A DNA stretch of 39,814 bases, taken from positions 1 to 39,814 of the IMG/VR virus record IMGVR_UViG_3300028595_000005; one strand, written 5' to 3'. Below are positions 15,232 through 24,590 of the stretch, piece by piece (the stretch's first letter is position 1; each line of letters opens with the position of its first letter). The notes below the pieces were generated by a model. It was not told where the DNA came from. It searched no databases and saw only the letters and a program-made list of their open reading frames with translations. Made by a program: the position numbers and the translations under genes. The DNA comes from a virus (Duplodnaviria; Caudoviricetes).

Positions 15232-15741
15232 TCAAGAATCAGCTAGTGAGTTCTTCTTGTGAGTTCCTTTGTATTCGATGATGAATTCTTCTGGGTCGAT
15301 GTAGCCGAAGTTCCCGTTGTCATAATTTAAGATCGTTCCGAGTTGCATCTTTCGAAGACCAAAATGGAGGTGTGGACCAGTGCTGTTCCCGGTGTTCCCC
15401 ACTGCTCCGATCAAGTCTCCGAGATGCACTCCTTGATTTTCCGTTACATTAAAAGCTGAAAGATGCGCCAGGACGCATTGTTTATCGTCAGAGGTTAACC
15501 TGACAAAGTTCCCGTATCCGTTTGGATCGAAACCCGTTGTCACTATTCCGTCGAAAGGAGCGTAAACAGGAGTTCCTGCCGGCACAGCGTAGTCAATCCC
15601 ATTATGGGAGGCTAGCCCGAACTGCTGATAATACTTTGGTCTTTCTCCGTAACCCTGGGAGATCTTTTCCCGGACGCGAATCTCTTTCCAAGAGCCATCG
15701 TCTTCCTGTATCGCGGTGTTTTCGATTGGACAGTTAATCAT
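15232..15741 (-). CDS. M23 family peptidase (endolysin)
   Basis: HNGIDY, GYGN, LAHL and GNTGNSTGPHLHF motifs. Confidence 0.92.
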   Translation of the reverse strand: MINCPIENTAIQEDDGSWKEIRVREKISQGYGERPKYYQQFGLASHNGIDYAVPAGTPVYAPFDGIVTTGFDPNGYGNFVRLTSDDKQCVLAHLSAFNVTENQGVHLGDLIGAVGNTGNSTGPHLHFGLRKMQLGTILNYDNGNFGYIDPEEFIIEYKGTHKKNSLADS

Positions 15742-16358
15742 TCTAGAAGTTGAAGGCGGTATTCAAGAGCATCTACTCTATCATTTGTTGGCATTGTTGA
15801 ATAGATGTTATTTAATTCTTCGATCAATTCATTTTCGATTGCGTCAATTCTCTCATTGTTTGGCTTTGTTTCGTATATCCAATCAAGCTCCTCATCCATT
15901 TGTTTCTCAATTGCTTCTAATTTTGTTCTCATAATTGTAATTTCTGAAATTACTTCAGTCCTGACACTGTTATCTCCACTGACATATAGAAGATTAAATA
16001 TTATCCACGCTCCTCCGATGATCGTGGTCAACGCAGATATTGACATTACAGCAACAACCTTTATTCCAGAAATAATCGTTTTGAAACGATCAGAAATGTC
16101 TTTGCTAATTTTTTCCTGCATATCATCTAACCCCTTCTTCAAATTCAATCGCTCATCGGACTGACTGAGAGCTGCATTAGAAAGACTTGAAGTAAGATCT
16201 CCGATAGCACTCTTGATTTCAGCAAAAGACTTCTGGTTATCTTGTTTTGTCTCTTCTAACCTCTTTTCAAGAGCAGAGAACTCGTCCTTTGTGATGAAGT
16301 TTTGGGAGGATCCCATTGGATAAGCAATGGGTTTTATCTTGGGCTTTCTGAGGCTCAT
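15738..16358 (-). CDS. Coiled-coil single-TM membrane protein (lysis-associated?)
   Basis: Hydrophobic VVAVMSISALTTIIGGAWIIFNLLY; ATGA overlap with the M23 gene. Confidence 0.7.
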   Translation of the reverse strand: MSLRKPKIKPIAYPMGSSQNFITKDEFSALEKRLEETKQDNQKSFAEIKSAIGDLTSSLSNAALSQSDERLNLKKGLDDMQEKISKDISDRFKTIISGIKVVAVMSISALTTIIGGAWIIFNLLYVSGDNSVRTEVISEITIMRTKLEAIEKQMDEELDWIYETKPNNERIDAIENELIEELNNIYSTMPTNDRVDALEYRLQLLE

Positions 16359-16380
16359 TGTCAAAATAAAAGAAATTTAC

Positions 16381-16409
16381 TTGACACTTTCTTTTTCATC
16401 GGGCAGACT
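16381..16409 (+). promoter_or_regulatory. Promoter TTGACA-N17-CAGACT of the main early operon
   Basis: Nearly identical to the 9539 promoter. Confidence 0.8.
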
Positions 16410-16478
16410 AGTGTCAACAGTCGGGAAGAACAGCATATTCAAATAACGGAATTTCTTCAACTTTTTTTATTTTTTACA

Positions 16479-16736
16479 ATGTCTTACCTAGACAAACTTT
16501 CTGAGAAAAAGATTTCTAAGATCATGAATGATCTTGAGGAATCTTTTGAGAGAGAAGAGTTCGATGCCCTTGAGGACGCTATCGTCAGAGCGGCAGAAGA
16601 ACTCGACATTGATTTAACTCCTCAGGTTCGCCGGGAGATTGAATCAGAGCTGAACTTCAAAATGATTGAAATGGTTCCGTATGAGCCTGCGCGTTTTCGT
16701 GATACACAAGAATCTGCTTACTACGCAATGGTATGA
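16479..16736 (+). CDS. Hypothetical acidic protein
   Basis: ATG after TTTTTTACA; first gene of the operon. Confidence 0.75.
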   Translation: MSYLDKLSEKKISKIMNDLEESFEREEFDALEDAIVRAAEELDIDLTPQVRREIESELNFKMIEMVPYEPARFRDTQESAYYAMV

Positions 16737-17152
16737 ATGAAATAATAAAACTCGCCCAAGAAATAGCCGATGAGCAATTTAAAGGAAGCGGAATCTCTGT
16801 AACGGCAAAGCAAAACAATTATTCTTTAGGTATTTCATTCCACCTAAAAAAAGGGAAAAATACTAGCCGGAAGTTCGTAGGTGTATTAGATCTACTGGAT
16901 GATCCAGAAAAATATATAATCGAGAGAACTCCGGCATATCATAAGTTCCTCGATTCTAGTGAAGGACAAGAGTATCTTGACCTAGTTGGGTCTCTCAATG
17001 AAATTGAACAATTTTCTTCAGAAGAGAAAGAGAAGTTTTTTGTAATAGGATCTAGAACCCCAGAAGAGATTCAGACCAGATCCAAAGATAAGATGAACCA
17101 GGCAGTTGCTGCGATAAAAGATGAAGCTATTAAATTCTTCAACAAGAAATGA
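16733..17152 (+). CDS. Hypothetical protein
   Basis: ATGA-coupled ORF. Confidence 0.75.
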   Translation: MNEIIKLAQEIADEQFKGSGISVTAKQNNYSLGISFHLKKGKNTSRKFVGVLDLLDDPEKYIIERTPAYHKFLDSSEGQEYLDLVGSLNEIEQFSSEEKEKFFVIGSRTPEEIQTRSKDKMNQAVAAIKDEAIKFFNKK

Positions 17153-17352
17153 ACCGCGAACTCAAACTCCTCGACATCCTTATAAATAACGAATGGGTGG
17201 ATCATTACCATCCAGAGGTAAATAAACAAGGATTGTCTTTAAAACTTTCAACGATTGTCAGTGATCTTATTAAACAAGGCTACTCAATCGAGAAAGCCTG
17301 GACGACAGATCGTCCAACCCGTGTGCGTAAATATCGTTTACTTTCTTCTTAA
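17149..17352 (+). CDS. Small winged-HTH-like protein
   Basis: LSTIVSDLIKQGYSIEK...KYRL pattern. Confidence 0.55.
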   Translation: MNRELKLLDILINNEWVDHYHPEVNKQGLSLKLSTIVSDLIKQGYSIEKAWTTDRPTRVRKYRLLSS

Positions 17353-17354
17353 CA

Positions 17355-17726
17355 ATGACTGAAAATATCCAAGGTGTTCTCGACTTATTTAAGTCAAACA
17401 TGGAACCGTTTATTGATGTAATGAAATCAACAGGGTCTGCCGGCTGGGAGCTGCTAGTTAGCACATGTATTACATCCTCACTCGTGAATATAATCATATG
17501 GTTACTAATGGTATATATAGCAGTCAAAGGGCTTCACTTCTATTATGACATAGTGAAGGCAGTGGGGTTTGAAAATATTTCATTTGTGGAGACGATTATA
17601 TTAATGATAGCACTTCTGTTCTTAGCCACAGCGATCTGTGGTCTACCTTTCATATCAGAAATAATTGTAAATCTCATTCATCCGGAATACTGTGCCATTC
17701 AGGAGATTCTACAAACTGCAAGATGA
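17355..17726 (+). CDS. Membrane protein with two TM segments
   Basis: Two hydrophobic segments. Confidence 0.7.
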   Translation: MTENIQGVLDLFKSNMEPFIDVMKSTGSAGWELLVSTCITSSLVNIIIWLLMVYIAVKGLHFYYDIVKAVGFENISFVETIILMIALLFLATAICGLPFISEIIVNLIHPEYCAIQEILQTAR

Positions 17727-17771
17727 CCATAGTTGCGTTTTTGTTATGTATTTATTTCTTTCTTCTTAACA

Positions 17772-17948
17772 ATGAAACCTTTCACAATCACCGGAGTCAT
17801 TCCTGCCTTTGTCACGGTGCAGGCTGAGTCCAAAGAAGAAGCTTACGAGCTTTTCAGAGCTGACCCTCGCTCTTTCAAAGTCGAAGTCAACGGCGATGCC
17901 AAAGACTTCGAGATAGACAAAGAGGCTGAGAATCTTTTCGAAGATTAA
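17772..17948 (+). CDS. Hypothetical protein
   Basis: MKPFTITG...VQAESKEEAYE pattern common in small phage proteins; leader TTCTTAACA. Confidence 0.65.
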   Translation: MKPFTITGVIPAFVTVQAESKEEAYELFRADPRSFKVEVNGDAKDFEIDKEAENLFED

Positions 17949-17959
17949 TTCTAAATACG

Positions 17960-18211
17960 ATGTTCAAACTATTCCAAAAACTTTTCGGGAAGAAATATCC
18001 CGAGCTTACTTTCAATGAGCGAAATATTTTACGCACCCTCTCTGGGAGAGGGAACATCAAAAGAAACCACCAGGGGAGAGATGTGAGCAAAGCAATCTCA
18101 ACCTTTCGCAAGGTGGGCTTTGATATTAAAACCGTCGATGGAGGATATTCTTTTGATGATTCTGAGAATAACAGCGACAGACTTAACTATTACTTCGACA
18201 CTCCAAAATGA
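17960..18211 (+). CDS. Small winged-HTH-like protein
   Basis: VSKAISTFRKVGFDIKTVDGGY resembles the BirA-type HTH wing. Confidence 0.55.
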   Translation: MFKLFQKLFGKKYPELTFNERNILRTLSGRGNIKRNHQGRDVSKAISTFRKVGFDIKTVDGGYSFDDSENNSDRLNYYFDTPK

Positions 18212-18513
18212 ATATCAGAGAACAATTTAAGCGACGAGTAATTGAGCTGATACACGGACTGCCTTATGAGGAGGCAATTGAGAAAGAAAGACCAAGCATA
18301 AATCCGATCACGATAGGAAGAGTTATGAAGGCGTTGAAAGATAAAATAGAATATGCTGTAAATAATGGAGGAGAAATACTTGAATATGTAATAGAAGACA
18401 GGTTCCATCATACTGGAATTGGTTGGAAACTCACCAAAGAAAACGGTGAAGAATGCACGGACGATGACCAATCAGACGAGACTATTGAAGAACTTCTTTC
18501 TCTTTTAAAATGA
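18208..18513 (+). CDS. Hypothetical phage protein
   Basis: ATGA-coupled ORF. Confidence 0.7.
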   Translation: MNIREQFKRRVIELIHGLPYEEAIEKERPSINPITIGRVMKALKDKIEYAVNNGGEILEYVIEDRFHHTGIGWKLTKENGEECTDDDQSDETIEELLSLLK

Positions 18514-18695
18514 ATATTTCACAAGTGATTTTAATTGGCTTGCTCTTTCTCTTCCTCCTGGATGCTTTCTGCTTTTCAGAAGAAACCCAAGAGGAAATCG
18601 ACAAGCGCATTGCCGAATCAGTCGAGGCTACGATCGAGCAAATCGATCCTGAAAAGCCTTTGACTTCTTTTATTCCTTCACATTTATTTCAATGA
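18510..18695 (+). CDS. Small membrane-anchored protein
   Basis: N-terminal TM segment; ATGA-coupled. Confidence 0.65.
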   Translation: MNISQVILIGLLFLFLLDAFCFSEETQEEIDKRIAESVEATIEQIDPEKPLTSFIPSHLFQ

Positions 18696-18921
18696 ATAAC
18701 AAACAAACTTTAATTCTTTTCTTGGCGATAAACGCATTGGCACCTTGGATGCTCATTGCCTCTTCTTTATTAAGCCGACCATGAAAACCAAGTCGAACAT
18801 TTCCAAGGAATCTTTGTCCTGCGTGGTAACAAAGATTCCAGTTAAATTCACGGCTCAAAAGCCAGTGAATATCAAAGTTGAGAAAGCACCACGCCCTTTT
18901 AAATCCTTCCCATTAAAATGA
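18692..18921 (+). CDS. Two tiny coupled ORFs: 18692..18784 (30 aa, hydrophobic) and 18781..18921 (46 aa)
   Basis: Unbroken chain of ATGA overlaps at 18692, 18781 and 18918. Confidence 0.55.
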
Positions 18922-19127
18922 AAATCGACTATTCGAAGTGCAGCAAGGAGCAGTTGAAGCGTTTGGTGACAGAAGGGAAAACACCGGAGATCTGCACAGA
19001 AGCTTGGGCAGAATACAAGAAGAGTGGCGGAGGTAACTGGGAATATTTCGCTATGGTTGGTGGTACTCCGGAGATTCGCGCTGACGCTAAGTCAAAGATT
19101 TACGACATTTCTTCTTTCTTAAAATGA
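18918..19127 (+). CDS. Hypothetical protein
   Basis: Coupled ORF with an internal repeat (GKTPEI/GGTPEI). Confidence 0.7.
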   Translation: MKIDYSKCSKEQLKRLVTEGKTPEICTEAWAEYKKSGGGNWEYFAMVGGTPEIRADAKSKIYDISSFLK

Positions 19128-19588
19128 AATTTACTTCACCTCTATATCACCAAGAAGAGTTGGATGAAGCTCTCTCTTTAGCTGAGGAAGGAGGAATCGC
19201 AGAAGAATTAAAAGAAGCTATTAGACACTGGGAAAAGGAAGACAGGACAGTAGAGTTAAAAAGTTTTATTTACCCAGAGATAGAAGACAAGCTAAACAAT
19301 TTTTTAACAGGACTTTATTTCAAAAAAGGCTTTTATTTTCTTACTAGACTTTTTGGATTAGAAGTAAGTAAAGCGTCCTTTCTTGGAGGAGCTAATCAAT
19401 CCTTGTTCGTTCGGAATAGAGATGAAAAGAATTACTATTACGAACTCAGTTTTGCTTCCGATTCAGATTATTCTCTCGAAGAATTAGAAAAAACATTTGA
19501 GAAAGTCTTCGGAGAAAGTCTTCTGGATTGTAAGCCTTATCTCTTTATAAAAAAGAGACTTGTTGAAATTTCAAATCTTAAATCTTAA
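19124..19588 (+). CDS. Hypothetical protein (AT-rich)
   Basis: Coupled ORF. Confidence 0.7.
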   Translation: MKFTSPLYHQEELDEALSLAEEGGIAEELKEAIRHWEKEDRTVELKSFIYPEIEDKLNNFLTGLYFKKGFYFLTRLFGLEVSKASFLGGANQSLFVRNRDEKNYYYELSFASDSDYSLEELEKTFEKVFGESLLDCKPYLFIKKRLVEISNLKS

Positions 19589-19589
19589 A

Positions 19590-20369
19590 ATGAAAACCAA
19601 AAATGTTTTCCTGACAGGCGGAGCCTTGATGGCTCTTGTCTCTCTGTTCGCTTCTGCTCCGGCTATAGCGAACACCGTGAATAGTATTCGTGAAGAGTTC
19701 CTTCTCAATTCTTTGAAGGAATTCCACACCAAAGCTCAAGATGAGCTTCATCAAAACAACACTGACTTCCGTCGTATTCGCCTCGAGAAACAGCAGATGA
19801 TTGATACTCTCGAGTTAGAGATTGCGAAGATCGACGAGTCGGTTGAACGCAATAAGAGGTTATGGGATCGTCACGCAGAAGCAATCAAGCTTCTGGAAGA
19901 TCCGCAGAAGCTTCACGCGCTAGTTCAAGAGAATGCAAAGAAGACGGTGGCAGAGGCGCAGGAAGATCTTAATTTCCAAGCCTTAACATTCATCACCCCA
20001 GAACGAGCCAAGACTGTTATGAGAATAGCCAAGAACCACAACATCATTCCTGAAGACCTGTTGGCTTTATGCCAGCAAGAGAGTGGGTGTGACGATGCAG
20101 CTATTGGAGATAACGGTAATTCTTTTGGAGCATTTCAAATCAATACCCTGTATCACCCAGACGAGAAAGAATGTGCTAAGGATCTCGCTTGTTCAGCTCA
20201 ATGGGCTAGTGCGCGTATGTTACGACTTGGATACGACAAAGACAATATCAATGCGAGATACCACGCCATCCGTTGTCATAATGGATGCGCTAAAGATATC
20301 GACAACCATTGGTATCCTCAGTCTGTATTAACTAAGAGTAATAATATTTCTAAAGCCCTTAAATTATGA
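19590..20369 (+). CDS. Secreted or anchored lytic transglycosylase (SLT domain) with a coiled-coil stalk
   Basis: Signal-like N-terminus; ALCQQESG (catalytic Glu), GAFQIN and CHNG motifs. Confidence 0.8.
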   Translation: MKTKNVFLTGGALMALVSLFASAPAIANTVNSIREEFLLNSLKEFHTKAQDELHQNNTDFRRIRLEKQQMIDTLELEIAKIDESVERNKRLWDRHAEAIKLLEDPQKLHALVQENAKKTVAEAQEDLNFQALTFITPERAKTVMRIAKNHNIIPEDLLALCQQESGCDDAAIGDNGNSFGAFQINTLYHPDEKECAKDLACSAQWASARMLRLGYDKDNINARYHAIRCHNGCAKDIDNHWYPQSVLTKSNNISKALKL

Positions 20370-20536
20370 AGGATTATATTTATGCCGTGATCCTGATGGC
20401 AGCCGTGTCTATAACGATAATAGTTACAGATATGACTTCATCAAATCAGGCGCGAAGAGAATTAACTGAATGTGAAGCAGCATTAGCTGCATTTAAAGTA
20501 ATTGATTTAACTTTTAACCCAGAGGAGGATAAGTGA
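20366..20536 (+). CDS. 56-aa membrane-anchored peptide
   Basis: ATGA overlap upstream, GTGA overlap downstream, N-terminal TM segment. Confidence 0.55.
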   Translation: MKDYIYAVILMAAVSITIIVTDMTSSNQARRELTECEAALAAFKVIDLTFNPEEDK

Positions 20537-20715
20537 AAGAAAACAAGTGTCCAGAGTATTTTAACTGCTTTGTCTGGATGACAGGTAAATGCAACCATTG
20601 GGATCAGCCCCATAATTGTAGCCTAATCATTCAGTCAAAGCGATATAAAAATGGAGGTGTTTATGAAAATGACAAGGCATCACAAAAAACCAAGAAGCCG
20701 TGGTGGCAAAGGTAA
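20533..20715 (+). CDS. Small Cys-rich protein
   Basis: GAGGAGG SD before GTG; four Cys. Confidence 0.6.
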   Translation: MKENKCPEYFNCFVWMTGKCNHWDQPHNCSLIIQSKRYKNGGVYENDKASQKTKKPWWQR

Positions 20716-20911
20716 ACAAAACAATATCGTCAAGTTTCCGTGGCATATCCACAAAGCTTGGCATACTATATTTGGAAACCTTACGCCAGGCGAAGCCAAA
20801 ATCTTGATAGATATTGTCTTCCGTTCTGAGAAGAAAGCTTGGAGACCAGAAGATTTATATGAAGTCCAGCTTAATATACAAACAGGTAGAGTTGATACTC
20901 TGCTTTACTAG
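20663..20911 (+). CDS. Small HNH-like protein
   Basis: TRHHKKPRSRGG...NNI...HKAWH; GGAGGT SD. Confidence 0.7.
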   Translation: MKMTRHHKKPRSRGGKGKQNNIVKFPWHIHKAWHTIFGNLTPGEAKILIDIVFRSEKKAWRPEDLYEVQLNIQTGRVDTLLY

Positions 20912-20920
20912 GAGGAAACT

Positions 20921-21112
20921 ATGTCAGCCAGAATTAATTGTGATTTGTATATGTTGTGTAAGAAGCGATTGGAAGGCGACTGTGTGGATGAAATGCAACC
21001 ACATAAATGCCCTCATCGCGAAAGGCAGCTCTTAGATATTAAAGATATCTGGGATAGAGCTGCAGGCTCCAACCCTTTACTCCAGCGTCACTTGAAAGAG
21101 ACGCGAGTATGA
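20921..21112 (+). CDS. Small Cys-rich protein
   Basis: AGGAGG SD; four Cys. Confidence 0.65.
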   Translation: MSARINCDLYMLCKKRLEGDCVDEMQPHKCPHRERQLLDIKDIWDRAAGSNPLLQRHLKETRV

Positions 21113-21114
21113 AA

Positions 21115-21153
21115 TCAAGGGGGGATGCAAATCTCCCCTTGAATCTTTTCTTT
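21115..21153 (+). terminator. Intrinsic terminator
   Basis: TCAAGGGGGGAT-GCAA-ATCTCCCCTTGA followed by TCTTTTCTTT. Confidence 0.75.
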
Positions 21154-21159
21154 AAACCA

Positions 21160-21489
21160 ATGCTAAGTATTAAACTTTTGTTTTCGGAGTCATCTCTAGC
21201 TAGCTTGTGTCGCGAATACTCAGTCTCTAACGCAACTGCGTATCGTAGGGCTGCTCAAGAGCTACGAGGAAAAGTTCCAAACATTAAATATCCAACAGAA
21301 TCTCCTCTCGAGATACTAGCAGTTCAGTGGCTACTACAAGAGAATGATAACCTAAGAATTGCAGCTGATAAACCTGGAGACGGGAATGCGAAGTATCGCA
21401 AGGCTGTGATTCTATTTAAGAAGATCCTCAGCCGGATGAGTGAATCAGATCGTCAACTCGTCAAAGCCAATGTTGAAAAATCTGAATGA
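21160..21489 (+). CDS. Hypothetical protein (possible HTH)
   Basis: SLASLCREYSVSNATAYR; start placed after the terminator. Confidence 0.6.
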   Translation: MLSIKLLFSESSLASLCREYSVSNATAYRRAAQELRGKVPNIKYPTESPLEILAVQWLLQENDNLRIAADKPGDGNAKYRKAVILFKKILSRMSESDRQLVKANVEKSE

Positions 21490-21814
21490 GTCTGAGTATC
21501 AAAAGATACTTAAGAAAGTTCCCGATCCTTTGACTGAGGAATTTCTTGTCTTCATCAAAGAGAATAACCAGGTGATTCTCGACACGACTTGCTGGATCAT
21601 AATCCGCAACTGCAAGTACGATGGCGACACGACTCACCTTACAATGTTCTCCAAGGAAGCAGCCAAAGACACGAAAGATCTTTCTGCAGAATCCTTGCTC
21701 GAGATGGCACAGATTTTTTCTTGCCATCGTGACAAGCTTATCTTTCTGAACAAGAAAGAAAAACGCTCTATTCCAGACCGCTTGCATTTTCATTTGGCAG
21801 ATCAGTATATTTAA
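21470..21814 (+). CDS. HIT-like family protein
   Basis: WIIIRNCKY...HL...RSIPDRLHFHL (HxH near the C-terminus). Confidence 0.55.
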   Translation: MLKNLNESEYQKILKKVPDPLTEEFLVFIKENNQVILDTTCWIIIRNCKYDGDTTHLTMFSKEAAKDTKDLSAESLLEMAQIFSCHRDKLIFLNKKEKRSIPDRLHFHLADQYI

Positions 21815-21828
21815 ATTAGGAAAGTTTC

Positions 21829-21856
21829 TTGACAATTTCCTGGCGTTCTGTATACT
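21829..21856 (+). promoter_or_regulatory. Promoter TTGACA-N16-(TG)TATACT
   Basis: Near-consensus sigma70 promoter in an intergenic gap. Confidence 0.75.
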
Positions 21857-21873
21857 CTGATCTTCTACCAACA

Positions 21874-22086
21874 ATGAACAGCAAACCCTATGTCGAGCGT
21901 AAATCTTATATTGCTTTGACAATTGCTATCTGTGAGCAGATTGGAATTAAACCCCCAACTCCTGACTCGCTGAAACGATGGCTGATCAATCACGATCTTG
22001 AAAAAGATCCCGAAGGCTTCGCTAAGTATGTCGAGATGCGAGCCTCAAAGCATTATAAAAAACACTACCTTTCTTCTTTACAATGA
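21874..22086 (+). CDS. Hypothetical protein
   Basis: ATG downstream of the promoter. Confidence 0.65.
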   Translation: MNSKPYVERKSYIALTIAICEQIGIKPPTPDSLKRWLINHDLEKDPEGFAKYVEMRASKHYKKHYLSSLQ

Positions 22087-22361
22087 AAATTACTTTTACC
22101 AAGGGCTTTTCTATTCCAATTGCTCCTTTCAATAACGCTCCAATGAGCATCACGATTGAAGGAGATGAAGGGCAATCCTTCGAGGATCTAAATGCAGAGA
22201 TTGACAAGACCCTCGAGAGCAACTACGAAAGGCTGTTCCATGAACAAGTTAGATGTTACGAGAAGGTCAATGTGATTGATAAAAACGGCACAGTGGTTCC
22301 AGCTTTCAGGCTGAACAAAGAGGAGAAGATTCCCCCAGAAGATAATTCTATTCCATTCTAA
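22083..22361 (+). CDS. Hypothetical protein with an SSB-like C-terminal tip (EDNSIPF)
   Basis: C-terminal acidic-IPF motif. Confidence 0.65.
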   Translation: MKITFTKGFSIPIAPFNNAPMSITIEGDEGQSFEDLNAEIDKTLESNYERLFHEQVRCYEKVNVIDKNGTVVPAFRLNKEEKIPPEDNSIPF

Positions 22362-22362
22362 T

Positions 22363-22674
22363 ATGCCAAACTATTTAAAGCTGAAAGATCTCACCGAGAT
22401 CAAAGTTAACAGGGTCTCTGCCCCTGTCTGGGAGCGCTGGAATGCAGAGGAAAGCAAGATGGAGAAAGCAACAGAGCCAACCAAGGACTTCAAGAAGCGA
22501 TACTACATCGACCTTGGAAATGACAATGTCGTTGCTATCTCTAGTTCGCAGCTAGGCGTGATGCTAGAGGCTGCAAATGAAAAAGGTCAGGTTGACCTGG
22601 CTGGCAAAGAGTTCGAAGTTAAAAACAACGGAAAGGAAGGTATGGAGATCCGTTATTTCTTTAACCTTAAATGA
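22363..22674 (+). CDS. Hypothetical protein (possible OB-fold ssDNA-binding)
   Basis: Beta-rich; ends GKEGMEIRYFFN. Confidence 0.6.
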   Translation: MPNYLKLKDLTEIKVNRVSAPVWERWNAEESKMEKATEPTKDFKKRYYIDLGNDNVVAISSSQLGVMLEAANEKGQVDLAGKEFEVKNNGKEGMEIRYFFNLK

Positions 22675-23129
22675 ACCTTAAAACCATCCAAGAGAATATC
22701 GGAAAGCGCAAGATTAAGTTTAGAGCGTGGGATGAGGAAGAAAAGGAAATGTACTTTCCGCTGGCAATAGCAAGATCAACATACGATGGCGATGACGATG
22801 AAGATGAAGATGAAAGTAAAGGTAAAATGTTCGCACCTGACTTATGGTATGGATATGAGATACAAGGAATAACCAATGATAAATTAATGCAATATACAGG
22901 ATTAAAAGATAAAAACGGAAAAGAGATTTATGAAGGAGATATCGTAAAGATAGGCCACTATAACGAAGTCCGCACAGAGGTTGTGCAGATTGAAACTCTA
23001 TCAGACGGAATGGACTGCCATCCTTTCTCTCGAGAGAACTATCACCATGATGGCTACGATAATGCTAAAGATTCTGAAATAATTGGTAATATATTTGAAC
23101 ACCCAGAGCTGCTTCCTGATACAGAATGA
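22671..23129 (+). CDS. YopX family protein
   Basis: IKFRAWD, LMQYTGLKDKNGKEIYEGDIV and EIIGNIFEHPELL motifs. Confidence 0.92.
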   Translation: MNLKTIQENIGKRKIKFRAWDEEEKEMYFPLAIARSTYDGDDDEDEDESKGKMFAPDLWYGYEIQGITNDKLMQYTGLKDKNGKEIYEGDIVKIGHYNEVRTEVVQIETLSDGMDCHPFSRENYHHDGYDNAKDSEIIGNIFEHPELLPDTE

Positions 23130-23434
23130 ATCTTAAGAATGCTATCGTCGACAAGATAACGACGATGAAAGACAAGAGTATTAAAATCACTCTTCTAACA
23201 CGAGAGCTACCTCCGACTGAATTAGCAAAACTGTTCTTGTCTCTGAATACAGAGGCAATGAATATCGAACTTCCAGAGGAAACAGGCGACTCCAAGACAC
23301 CATCACAGCGTCTCCGCGCCGTCCTGTATCGTCTCTGGGAGCAAGAAGGGAAGGAAAGGTTTTCAACCTTCTCCTTGTATTACAATCATATTCTCGAGCA
23401 AATCATTAACGGTTACAAAGACCGGCTCGAATAA
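23126..23434 (+). CDS. Conserved hypothetical phage protein
   Basis: KTPSQRLRAVLYRLWEQ motif; coupled ORF. Confidence 0.75.
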   Translation: MNLKNAIVDKITTMKDKSIKITLLTRELPPTELAKLFLSLNTEAMNIELPEETGDSKTPSQRLRAVLYRLWEQEGKERFSTFSLYYNHILEQIINGYKDRLE

Positions 23435-23449
23435 TTCTTCCTAATTACA

Positions 23450-24007
23450 ATGCCGAAAATGTCATTGGGCTATAACGAGCCAGCAAGTGATGAGGTAATC
23501 ATTGATATCGTGAAGTTACTTCTTGATTACGATGATACCTTCTCTGACAGAGTTTCTCCTTTATTGCGTAAGGAGTTGATTGAATATCTGCACAAACCAA
23601 AGGCTGAACAATCACACTTCTTTCCTGACTGAAGATGAATATTTTTAACTATCTCAAAGATAAAATTCTATCACCTTTCCGGCGCAGCCCTACACTTAAG
23701 CCCTTAATACATCATCTAACGCTGGAAGAGGTTGTAGTTCAAGCCTTAGAGGACAAAGTGGTTAACCTCAAAGTAGAAGATAAAGATGGCTGCCATATCA
23801 TAAAAGTAACACATGAAGTTTAAAGCTTTCTCAAGAGACCCTGAAAACCAAGGAAACTATATTAACCTAAAGGTCGAAGCTCTTGATAGAGAAGAGGCTC
23901 TCGCTGTTCTCAAGAAAGCCTACCCAAAGAGATCTTGGGAAATAACAGAACTACTTGAGAATAAAAACCGAGGACACGATCCTCGTCATTACTTACTACG
24001 GAGATAA
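23450..24007 (+). CDS. Three small hypothetical proteins (23450..23632, 23635..23823, 23813..24007)
   Basis: Tightly packed co-oriented ORFs. Confidence 0.6.
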
Positions 24008-24315
24008 TGGGCAAGAGCAACTTAGAGATGATTCTACGCGCGCAACTGAATTGTGAAGGAATCAAATTCGAGGAGGAATACAAGTTTCACCCGACCAGAC
24101 GCTGGCGTTTCGACTTCGCTATTCCAGAGAAGAAGATTGCTATTGAAGCAGAGGGTGGAGTCTGGTCAGGGGGGAGACACACGACAGGATCCGGCTTCAC
24201 GAAAGACCTAGAGAAATATGGAGAGGCTTTGATTCTCGGCTGGAAAGTTCTCAGATGCACGGGGAGCCAGATCGAGAGTGGTCAGTGCATTGATTGGTTG
24301 AAACAGATTCTTTAA
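24007..24315 (+). CDS. PD-(D/E)XK nuclease (DUF559/Vsr-like)
   Basis: EYKFHPTRRWRFDFA...IAIEAEGG...GWKVLR. Confidence 0.88.
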   Translation: MGKSNLEMILRAQLNCEGIKFEEEYKFHPTRRWRFDFAIPEKKIAIEAEGGVWSGGRHTTGSGFTKDLEKYGEALILGWKVLRCTGSQIESGQCIDWLKQIL

Positions 24316-24331
24316 TTTTTTCTTTTATACG

Positions 24332-24559
24332 ATGCAGAGTCCGATAAAGGCAGGCGACAGCCTGAAGACAAAGAGATTCCTTTTCTGGGAGGTGCCGGAA
24401 GGATGGCGGGCGCGAGAGGGAAATTTAGATATTTACAATGAGGATGTGATAAGACACTCGGAATGCGGACAATATCTTCGTGTTGGAATCACAGATGATG
24501 GACAACCATTTCTCTACTGCCCACGCTGTTTGATCGTAACAAAAGTGATAGAGGAGTAA
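24332..24559 (+). CDS. Small Zn-ribbon protein
   Basis: HSECG...YCPRC. Confidence 0.65.
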   Translation: MQSPIKAGDSLKTKRFLFWEVPEGWRAREGNLDIYNEDVIRHSECGQYLRVGITDDGQPFLYCPRCLIVTKVIEE

Positions 24560-24590
24560 GAAACACCGTCTTAATTCTTTCTTTTATACG

